Source of the DNA: Algibacter sp.
GTDB lineage: Bacteria; Bacteroidota; Bacteroidia; Flavobacteriales; Flavobacteriaceae
Direction of reading: 5' to 3'
DNA length: 64,000 nucleotides
Assembly (NCBI GenBank): GCA_039985655.1
Contig: JBDWSF010000002.1
Span: 54,047 to 118,046, forward strand
Below the pieces are notes generated by a model. It was not told the DNA's origin and ran no database searches. It saw only the letters and a list, made by a program, of their open reading frames with translations. The position numbers and the translations under genes are program-made. How positions within the stretch are numbered: position 1 is the stretch's first letter; each line of letters starts with the position of its first letter. This document shows, one piece after another, positions 38,697 to 46,703 of the stretch.

Positions 38697-39015
38697 ATCA
38701 AGATACTTAAACCTTGTTAGCTAAAGAGGAATGTATGCTGTTTTTATAAATAATCTGGCATTATAAAAATAGAGATGCTAAAAAATATAAGAACAGTACA
38801 CAACAATTTGTAAAAAAATAACACTAAATTTGAGTCTTAATCAAAGCGTTGTGTGTGTCATATTATTTTCTTTAAAAAAAGTCTCCCCAATATCTTATAC
38901 AACTGCTAGCAGTTATATAGTAATACTCGAACTTATTTCTTAGAAAATTTTAAAAACGTAACAAAATATTTAAATAAAAGTTACGGTGACGTCATAACCT
39001 TAGCCCCTCAATACT

Positions 39016-39564
39016 ATGAAAAAAAATATTTGCATTATAGCATTATTAATATCATCATTTATGATAGCACAAGAAAAATTACCTTACCATGAAATTCCAG
39101 AACATGCTGAAAATTATACTGCTGGCACAGTAGCATCAAGAATGGTAGATGGATTAGGTTTTAGGTATTATTGGGCTACCGAGGGTTTACGACAAGAAGA
39201 TTTAGAGCATAAAGCAAGTGAATCTGGTAGAAGTAGTGAAGAGACTATAGATCATCTTTTAGGGCTATCTTATTTCATTCTTAATTCTATATCAGAAAAA
39301 GGAATTAAAGAAGATAAATCAGAACAATCCTTTGAGCAAAAACGTAAACAAACCTTAATCAATTTTAAAAAGGCTTCGGACATTTTAAGGCATTCAAAAG
39401 ATATTTCTAAATACGATAATAAAAAATTCCCTTTTTGGAATATTATTAATGGACCAATAGCCGATGCACTTTGGCATTGCGGACAAGTAGTTATGTTGAG
39501 ACGTGCTTCAGGAAATCCTTTTAATTCTAAAGTCAGTGTATTTACAGGTACAGTAAGAGATTAA
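39016..39564 (+). CDS. hypothetical exported protein (possibly a DinB-like fold)
   Basis: 182 aa with a signal peptide. The His-containing helices (IDHLLGL, ALWHCGQVVMLRR) are only suggestive. Confidence 0.4.
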   Translation: MKKNICIIALLISSFMIAQEKLPYHEIPEHAENYTAGTVASRMVDGLGFRYYWATEGLRQEDLEHKASESGRSSEETIDHLLGLSYFILNSISEKGIKEDKSEQSFEQKRKQTLINFKKASDILRHSKDISKYDNKKFPFWNIINGPIADALWHCGQVVMLRRASGNPFNSKVSVFTGTVRD

Positions 39565-40749
39565 TTATAAATAACTCAGCCACCACTTATCTTTATTATT
39601 GGCTTTATAAATCATGTATTTTTTACATGGAAAGTAGAGTAAGGTGATAACTCCAATCCAAACCATGTAAACGACAAACAATGAATAGCCATAGTTTATA
39701 AGCGTTGCACTAGAGAAGGCATTTTTCGTTAAAATCATATCTTGCCAATTTCCACCAAAAATCAGTAGTCCTATTATTGCAAAAACATGAATAACTAATA
39801 TATGCAAGAAGTAGTAAAATAAAGGCACACGACCAAAGATTAAAAAAAAGTCGATTACTTTGTTTTTAACAGATTCAAAAGCGTATAAAAATAACAAAGC
39901 AGGGCCAATAGTGATTAAAACATAAGCCAACGAAGGCGGGTATTTACTAACTTTAAAAAAAGACATGATCGTTTTTGAAGTTGTATCTTGAATAGTCCAC
40001 GGTACCAAATCACCATAAATGTTTGCGCCTCTTAATATAAAAAATAATACGATTGCACCCATACCAATTCGCAGTAACCATTTTTTTCTTAGAACAGGAT
40101 TAAATTCTTTTAGATATAAATAGCCTAAAGAGTAGCCTAATAACATAACTCCAATCCATGGTAATATCGGGTAAAAGATACCAACATCTGAAGTATCACT
40201 TATGGGCACTACATTTGCTTGATGTAAAACATACCAAACTATAGATTGTAAACTATTGCCTTGCATAACAATGCCGTCTAATAAATTATGACCAGCAACA
40301 ATAATGATTCCAATGATTAACACTAATTTTCTTGATAGAAAAATTAATACCGATAATGCCATCATACTTAATCCAATGGCCCAAATAACTTGTAAAATAA
40401 TTCGACTAAAAGTAATATCGAATTTCCATAATAAATTGTTTAGCGTTATTTCTAGAAAAACAAGCCACAAACCTCGCGTAAATAAAAACTTAAAGAGCTC
40501 TGGTTTTGTTTTTTTACTTCCATACAAAAAAGCCGAAGTGCCTGCCAAAAACACAAAAACTGGAGCGCAATAGTGCGTTATAAATCTAGTAAAAAATAAA
40601 AATGGAGTCGTTGTTTCTAAATTTGTTGGGTTGGTGAAAAAGGAACCGTAGTGAAAAAAGTCTCTAGTATGATCTAAAGCCATAATGACCATAACTAAAC
40701 CTCTTAAAACATCTATAGATTCTATTCGTGTTGATTTTATGTTCGGCAT
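39565..40749 (-). CDS. DUF1624 (heparan-alpha-glucosaminide N-acetyltransferase-like) membrane protein
   Basis: 394 aa and polytopic. The N-terminal RIESIDVLRGLVMVIMALDHTRDF is the DUF1624 hallmark. Confidence 0.7.
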   Translation of the reverse strand: MPNIKSTRIESIDVLRGLVMVIMALDHTRDFFHYGSFFTNPTNLETTTPFLFFTRFITHYCAPVFVFLAGTSAFLYGSKKTKPELFKFLFTRGLWLVFLEITLNNLLWKFDITFSRIILQVIWAIGLSMMALSVLIFLSRKLVLIIGIIIVAGHNLLDGIVMQGNSLQSIVWYVLHQANVVPISDTSDVGIFYPILPWIGVMLLGYSLGYLYLKEFNPVLRKKWLLRIGMGAIVLFFILRGANIYGDLVPWTIQDTTSKTIMSFFKVSKYPPSLAYVLITIGPALLFLYAFESVKNKVIDFFLIFGRVPLFYYFLHILVIHVFAIIGLLIFGGNWQDMILTKNAFSSATLINYGYSLFVVYMVWIGVITLLYFPCKKYMIYKANNKDKWWLSYL

Positions 40750-41039
40750 GATTATGTATTTTGATTGGTTGTTTAGACTGTCTATTTCCTCATGGTATTA
40801 GCAATCCCTTTTGGTGTCTATTAATTATTGGAGATTAACCATTTTTGATTTTATAAAAAGTTTGCACATAATAATGATATTAAAGTATTTTGTAAGTCGT
40901 TCTCTTTTTATGTGACTTATAACTGCATTTAATGCGGGAAACAATGGTGTATTTAATCTAAATAATTGAAACATACTCGTCTTTTTATTAGAGTTAAATG
41001 GATTAAAAAAATCTAGGGAGTAAAGTTTAAAGATATAAA

Positions 41040-41082
41040 AAAAACCGTTACTATAAATTTATCTATAGTAACGGTTTAAAAT
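41040..41082 (-). terminator. intrinsic (bidirectional) terminator after the desaturase-like gene
   Basis: CCGTTACTATA ... TATAGTAACGG forms an 11-bp stem flanked by an A-run and a T-run. Confidence 0.8.
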
Positions 41083-41102
41083 GAGTTTATTTACGGCTAA
41101 GC

Positions 41103-42044
41103 TTAACTCGTTTGTTGTTGCTTTTTCATAAGATTTTGTTGTTGCTTAATTGTAAGTGTACTACCATCATGACTCCAACCAGGAGGCGCAAAAGCATACA
41201 TAAACTTATGATACCAATTTTTAGATTTTTTCATATCCATCCAAATATCTTTGTATTCATGTGTTAGTATAACTAAAGGGTTGTATGAATTCGGTGCATG
41301 GGTTACGCCATACTTTATATCAATATTATCATCTAATTCTTTCCAAGTACCAAATATTTTGTCAAAAATATTTAAAAACCCTCCATGGTTTTTATCCATA
41401 TACTCTAAATTTTGAGCGTGATGTACTTGGTGCATAGTATGTGTATTCATAAACTTTTCTATAATTCCCATTTTAGGAATATAAACCGAATGTAACTGAA
41501 ATTGCCAAAGCGCTTCAATACCTAAACAGACCACCAACATTTCTGGAGGGAAACCTACAGCTGGTATCCACATATAAAAGAAAGGTTTATAGAAAATAGT
41601 AAACCAGCCGTTTCTTACGGCAGTTCCTAGATTGAAATTATCAGAAGAATGGTGTACTATATGTGCGGCCCATAAAAAACGGACATTATGGTTTTGACGA
41701 TGAAACCAATAATATGTAAAATCGTCAGCTAATTGGCATAGTAGCCAAATGTACCAAACATATCCAAAAGACTCATACCCCATGATGTTGGTTCGAACAC
41801 CTTCTACTAAAGGATTAAAAACTTCATATACAAAATTAAAAAGAACAATGGCGGCAATCGTTTTTGTAAGTGGTGCTATAATTGCAGAACCAACGCCCAT
41901 ACTAAGACTTGCTCCTAAATCTTTCCATTTATATAAGTCTTTTTTAGTCTTATCTTTTTTATCATGTTTACTATATGCTAATTCAAGAAGGATGAAACCT
42001 ATAAAAGCAGGAGCACCGTATACTAGGGGGTTTGTGAAATCCAT
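41103..42044 (-). CDS. sterol desaturase / fatty acid hydroxylase family membrane protein
   Basis: The histidine boxes HRQNH, HIVHH and HQVHHA lie in a polytopic membrane protein. Confidence 0.8.
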   Translation of the reverse strand: MDFTNPLVYGAPAFIGFILLELAYSKHDKKDKTKKDLYKWKDLGASLSMGVGSAIIAPLTKTIAAIVLFNFVYEVFNPLVEGVRTNIMGYESFGYVWYIWLLCQLADDFTYYWFHRQNHNVRFLWAAHIVHHSSDNFNLGTAVRNGWFTIFYKPFFYMWIPAVGFPPEMLVVCLGIEALWQFQLHSVYIPKMGIIEKFMNTHTMHQVHHAQNLEYMDKNHGGFLNIFDKIFGTWKELDDNIDIKYGVTHAPNSYNPLVILTHEYKDIWMDMKKSKNWYHKFMYAFAPPGWSHDGSTLTIKQQQNLMKKQQQTS

Positions 42045-42120
42045 TTAAAAAATTGAGTTATTTTTCAAAAATACCCCGATTTTCCTATTTAAACAACTGG
42101 ATTTGTGGTTTTATTAAATA

Positions 42121-42160
42121 AAAAATGGCTTTAACAGTTTGTTGTTAAAGCCATTTTGCT
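42121..42160 (-). terminator. intrinsic (bidirectional) terminator after lysA
   Basis: ATGGCTTTAACA (42125-42136) and TGTTAAAGCCAT (42143-42154) form a perfect 12-bp stem flanked by an A-run and a T-run. Confidence 0.8.
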
Positions 42161-42178
42161 TTTTATGTGTAAGAATAA

Positions 42179-43414
42179 TTATTTAACTAAAACTTTTTCT
42201 TTCTTAGTTGAAAAATCTACTTCTATTTGATTCTTTATAATATCATCAAAAGTTTCTCTTTTTCTAATTAAATGAGCTTTACCCTTAAGCCATAAAACTT
42301 CTGCAGGTCTAAACCTTGAGTTGTAATTACTAGCCATAGAGAAGCAGTAAGCACCAGCATTTTTAAAACGCAATACATCACCTTCATTTATTTCGGTAAT
42401 ACGTCTGTTACTTCCAAAAGTATCGGTTTCGCAAATATATCCAACAACCGAGTAAAAACGCTCACGTCCTTTTGGGTTTGATATATTATCTATATCATGG
42501 TGTGAACCATAAAACATGGGACGTATTAAGTGATTAAAACCAGAATCTACCTGTGCAAATACAGTAGATGTTGTTTGTTTAACAGCATTTACTTTTGTTA
42601 AAAAGTTTCCAGAGTCACTCACCAAAAATTTACCTGGTTCGAAAGCTAAAGTTAATTCCTTTCCGTAATCTTTACAGAACTCGTTGAATTTTGCTGTCAA
42701 TTTTTGTCCTAATTCTTCAATATTAGTTTCAATATCACCAGCTCTATATGGCACTTTAAATCCAGAACCAAAATCGATAAACTCTAAATTTTTGAATTTT
42801 TTAGCAGTATCGAATAAAATTTCGCTAGCATATAAAAACACATCAATATCTAAAATATCACTTCCAGTATGCATGTGTATACCGTTAATATTCATTTTCG
42901 TATTCTCTATAATACGTAGTAAATGTGGTATTTGATGAATAGAAATACCGAATTTAGAATCGATATGTCCAACAGAAATATTACTATTTCCACCTGCCAT
43001 AACATGTGGGTTTATACGAATACAAACCGGTGTTTTTGGGTGTTTTGTTCCAAATTGCTCTAATACCGAAAGGTTATCAATATTAATTTGAATTCCCAAT
43101 TTAGCAGCCTCTTCAATTTCACCTAAAGACACACCGTTTGGAGTGAAAATAATTTGTTCTGCCGAAAAACCTGCAGCCAAACCTAACTGTACTTCTTGTA
43201 TAGAAACAGTATCTATTCCTGCACCAAGCGTTTTTAAATACTTTAATATAGATATGTTAGATAACGCTTTTACTGCGTAATTTACTTTAAGTGTTTTAAC
43301 GCCTTTAAACGCATTTGTTAAGCGTTTGTATTGCGATCCGATTTTTTCGGCATCATAAACATATACGGGACTTCCGTATTCCTCTACTATTTTTAATAAT
43401 TGACCTTCATTCAT
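42179..43414 (-). CDS. lysA: diaminopimelate decarboxylase
   Basis: 411 aa of the fold-III PLP decarboxylase type. It has the YAVKA (PLP Lys) block, HMHTGS, the EPGKFLV-type block and CETDTF. Confidence 0.92.
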   Translation of the reverse strand: MNEGQLLKIVEEYGSPVYVYDAEKIGSQYKRLTNAFKGVKTLKVNYAVKALSNISILKYLKTLGAGIDTVSIQEVQLGLAAGFSAEQIIFTPNGVSLGEIEEAAKLGIQINIDNLSVLEQFGTKHPKTPVCIRINPHVMAGGNSNISVGHIDSKFGISIHQIPHLLRIIENTKMNINGIHMHTGSDILDIDVFLYASEILFDTAKKFKNLEFIDFGSGFKVPYRAGDIETNIEELGQKLTAKFNEFCKDYGKELTLAFEPGKFLVSDSGNFLTKVNAVKQTTSTVFAQVDSGFNHLIRPMFYGSHHDIDNISNPKGRERFYSVVGYICETDTFGSNRRITEINEGDVLRFKNAGAYCFSMASNYNSRFRPAEVLWLKGKAHLIRKRETFDDIIKNQIEVDFSTKKEKVLVK

Positions 43415-43620
43415 AGTCTTTATAAATTTTGAACAAAGATATTTTATTCCTTCTTATAAAAAATAAATAAATAAAAAATAATACAAATTAAACATTTTGT
43501 TAATTATTTAACATTTTTAAGTTTTAACTTGTAATTATTTTGCTAATGATTAAATAAAATATTAGTGTAATTAAACCCTATTATTTACATTTGCTTTTCT
43601 TAAAAACTATTAAGCGAGTT

Positions 43621-44817
43621 ATGAATTTACACGAATATCAAGGTAAAGAGATTTTAAACAGTTTTGGAGTACGCATACAACGTGGTATAGTGGCTCAAAA
43701 TGCTAAAGAAGCAGTAGCAGCTGCAAAACAATTAACTACAGAAACAGGTACGAGCTGGTATGTTATTAAGGCGCAAGTTCATGCAGGTGGACGTGGAAAA
43801 GGAGGCGGTGTAAAACTGGCTAAGAATCTTGGTGAAGTAGAGCAAGTTGCTGGACAAATTATAGGAATGGATTTGGTAACGCCCCAAACTTCAGCAGAAG
43901 GAAAGCGTGTACACCAAGTTTTAGTTGCAGAAGATGTTTATTATCCAACAGAAGGCGGTGAAACTAGTGAGTTTTATGTGTCAGTTTTATTAAATAGAGG
44001 TACAGGAAGAAATATGATTGTGTATTCGACAGAAGGTGGAATGGACATTGAAACTGTAGCTGAGGAAACACCTGAATTAATACATAATGAAGAAGTAGAC
44101 CCTGCGGCTGGTTTATTACCTTTTCAAGCTAGAAAAATAGCTTTTAATTTAGGTCTGTCTGGTTTGGCATTTAAAGAAATGACAAAATTTGTTACCTGTC
44201 TTTATAAAGCTTATGTTGAGTCTGATGCTTCTTTATTTGAAATCAATCCAGTTTTAAAAACGAGTGATGATAAAATAATGGCAGTTGATGCTAAAGTTAC
44301 AATTGACGATAATGCATTATACAGACATAAAAGTTATGTTGATTTACGTGATATACGTGAAGAAAGCGCTATTGAAGTTGAAGCAGGAGAACTAGGCTTA
44401 AACTATGTAGATTTAGACGGTAATGTTGGGTGTATGGTTAACGGCGCTGGTTTAGCAATGGCAACTATGGATTTAATTAAGCAAGCCGGTGGTGAGCCAG
44501 CTAACTTTTTAGATGTTGGTGGTACTGCAGATGCTGCACGTGTAGAAGCAGCTTTTAGAATTATATTAAAAGATCCTGCTGTAAAAGCGATTCTTATTAA
44601 TATTTTTGGTGGAATTGTACGTTGCGATAGAGTAGCACAAGGTATTGTGGATGCTTATAAAAATATGGGTGATGCTATTAAAGTGCCAATTATTGTACGT
44701 TTACAAGGAACCAATGCAGATATTGCTAAAAAATTAATCGATACTTCAGGATTAGATGTACTTAGTGCAACAGAATTCCAAGAAGCTGCTGATAAAGTTC
44801 AAGCGGTATTAGCTTAA
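43621..44817 (+). CDS. sucC: succinate--CoA ligase (ADP-forming) beta subunit
   Basis: It starts MNLHEYQGKEIL and has AQVHAGGRGKGGGVK and NGAGLAMATMD. The listed start at 43591 is a TTG, so I used the ATG at 43621. Confidence 0.95.
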   Translation: MNLHEYQGKEILNSFGVRIQRGIVAQNAKEAVAAAKQLTTETGTSWYVIKAQVHAGGRGKGGGVKLAKNLGEVEQVAGQIIGMDLVTPQTSAEGKRVHQVLVAEDVYYPTEGGETSEFYVSVLLNRGTGRNMIVYSTEGGMDIETVAEETPELIHNEEVDPAAGLLPFQARKIAFNLGLSGLAFKEMTKFVTCLYKAYVESDASLFEINPVLKTSDDKIMAVDAKVTIDDNALYRHKSYVDLRDIREESAIEVEAGELGLNYVDLDGNVGCMVNGAGLAMATMDLIKQAGGEPANFLDVGGTADAARVEAAFRIILKDPAVKAILINIFGGIVRCDRVAQGIVDAYKNMGDAIKVPIIVRLQGTNADIAKKLIDTSGLDVLSATEFQEAADKVQAVLA

Positions 44818-44874
44818 ATTATAGAAATAATATAACGTTTTAATAAAACAAACGTTACGATATATAATAATCAA

Positions 44875-44900
44875 GCCACTCATAAAACGGTGGCTTTTTT
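44875..44900 (+). terminator. intrinsic terminator after sucC
   Basis: AGCCAC-loop-GTGGCT followed by TTTTTT. Confidence 0.7.
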
Positions 44901-45132
44901 ATGTTTAAGAGGTTCGTTGTTTTTTGGCGCGTTTTATGATTTGTAATTAAAAGGAGACTATCTTAACAGACTGTGTCGTAATCTAAAAACATACTCATTA
45001 AGTTTTGATTAAGAAATTTTTATTAGCATATTTTTAAATTTTCACCAATTATTTTTAAACCGCATTAAAATCATCTATGATGATGCTCTTTATCTTGTTG
45101 TTTTTTTGACAACATCTGTGTTCTCCATTATT

Positions 45133-45460
45133 TTATTTTATATGCTCTAATATTGACATTAATTGATACACGCCTCCTGATATGGTAATCATTCTAGTGA
45201 TATTAAAACATATACCTAAAATACCAAGTTCTGTATTAATCTCATCAATACCTCGTAATATAAAAGCTCCAGTTCCAAGGTTTCTTTTCAAATGCCCAAA
45301 TTGTAGCTCTGCTCTAGTTTTCCTTTTTTCATAAACTGCTTGGCCTTCTTCGCTGTTATAAATCCTAACTATTTTCTCCTTTATTGCTTCATGTACCGAC
45401 CGTCTGATTGTTCTTCCTTGTTTAGATTTTATGCATTGGTTAAAATATTCACATGTAATA
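45133..45460 (-). pseudogene. 3' fragment of an IS1182/IS5-like DDE transposase gene, interrupted by the IS630 element
   Basis: The minus-strand translation is ...ITCEYFNQCIKSKQGRTIRRSVHEAIKEKIVRIYNSEEGQAVYEKRKTRAELQFGHLKRNLGTGAFILRGIDEINTELGILGICFNITRM...*, which is the typical C-terminus of IS1182-type transposases. Decayed continuation is visible beyond 46594. Confidence 0.6.
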
Positions 45461-46591
45461 CCAATTAAATTTCAAAACATTGATTAAAAGTGTTATTAAA
45501 GAAATAGTTATGAGTAATCCCCTTAATTATTGATCGATTTAATTGATTTTTAATAAATTGATGCAACCATAGCTTGAGATTATCTAGATTTTCAAAGACT
45601 TTATTTTTATAAAATTGCTTTATATAAGTCCATATTTTTTCAGAAGCATTTAATTCAGGCGAATATGGGGGTATTCTAATGAGTTTTATATTATCTGGTA
45701 TTTTGTGGTTTTTCATAGAATGAAACCCTGCGTTGTCAATAATTATGATTTTAAATTCTTCGGGTTTGTATTTCGAAAATTCACAGAGATATTGATAGAA
45801 AGTTTCACTAGTTGTTCCTTCTATTTCATAGACAAATGAATCTCTATTTATAGGAGAAAAACTGCCATACAAATAGGTGTTTTTAAAAGCATGTTGATAC
45901 TTGACAATAGGTTTAATACCTTTGGCTGTTAGACATCTTCCAATATGAGTCATTAATCCAAATCTAGATTCATCTTGATAATAAAGATTTACCGAAGTGT
46001 ACTTATCTTTATTAAGATTAATTCTAAGCTTATTTAGTTTCAAATGGAAGGTTTTTTAAAAACGGCAATGGCTTGCTCGTCTTTTCTATAATGAGATTTT
46101 CTGGGCCTCTTTAGTTTTGAACCAAAGTGTCGTTTCATATAAGTTCGAAGTGTATTATATTTTATATCTATATCAAATTCTTTCTTAGCTCAATTTACCG
46201 CATCATTATAGCCCAATAATGGACAGGTTGGATCATTGAGCTTTAATTCTAATGCTTTGTGAAATGTCTCTGTGATTTTAGTATGATTTGCTCCTCCAGA
46301 AGAAATTTTTAACAGCGCATCTAATCCTGATTTCATATAAAGTTTGGATCATACGCGAAGAGTAGCTTCACTAAGGGATAAATATTCAGCAAGATTTTCT
46401 CTTGTTTTGAATTTCGAATCATTCTTTAAAATCAAAAATAATAAATGCTTTTCAAGACGGTTGTTGTTTACTTGTTTACGAAGTGATTGTAACTCTAAAA
46501 CACTTTCTTTTATTTCAAAATCTATTTTTTTACTCATGTATAAATACATGAAAAATACTCGATTATTTGAATTTATTTGGTATAACGTCCA
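45461..46591 (-). mobile_element. IS630-family insertion sequence (1131 bp) with a TA target duplication; the transposase is inactivated by two in-frame TGA codons
   Basis: The imperfect terminal inverted repeats are CCAATTAAATTTCAAAACATTGA (left end) and CCAAATAAATTCAAATAATCGA (reverse complement of the right end), flanked by TA at 45459-45460 and 46592-46593. The transposase spans 46537 to 45465 and has the DESRF ... DNAGFH ... PPYSPELNASEKIW DDE blocks. In-frame TGA codons occur at RV*SKLY and AVN*AKKEF. The two ORFs overlap at an A6 run (46052-46057). Confidence 0.8.
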
Positions 46592-46648
46592 ACTTTTCGA
46601 TACGATCACCATAAAAAATCGTAATCTCTCGAAGTGACAATATTGTAT

Positions 46649-46686
46649 AAAAAAAGCCTGTCAAAATAAATTGACAGGCTTTTTTA
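46649..46686 (-). terminator. intrinsic (bidirectional) terminator after secDF
   Basis: AGCCTGTCAA (46655-46664) and TTGACAGGCT (46671-46680) form the stem, flanked by an A-run and a T-run. Confidence 0.85.
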
Positions 46687-46703
46687 TAAAGAATTTATTC
46701 TAA

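Noticed and set aside
43415-43620. A search for a lysine riboswitch or leader upstream of lysA, and for leader peptides upstream of ilvE and dapF.
   Set aside because: The spacers are extremely AT-rich and lack the conserved GC-rich helices of an L-box. They contain no short ORFs enriched in the cognate codons and no terminator/antiterminator pairs.
43591-43620. Extended N-termini suggested by the ORF track for sucC (43591), htrA (8018), grpE (19354), the 29052 ORF, the 25836 ORF and the 53017 ORF.
   Set aside because: Four of these starts (43591, 8018, 19354 and 25836) are TTG codons, whereas 29052 and 53017 are ATG codons. In every case they add non-conserved residues ahead of an ATG that begins the canonical N-terminus or a signal peptide. 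The 53017 extension would also overlap the gyrB terminator.
45461-46591. In-frame TGA codons at Trp positions (IS630 transposase, twice; DUF4279-like relic, once), considered as evidence for UGA=Trp recoding or origin from a code-4 organism.
   Set aside because: Several intact genes in the window clearly terminate at TGA (for example the genes ending at 22285 and 62095), so the host uses TGA as a stop codon. TGG to TGA is a single G-to-A transition that is favoured in AT-rich genomes. Ordinary nonsense decay is the simpler explanation.
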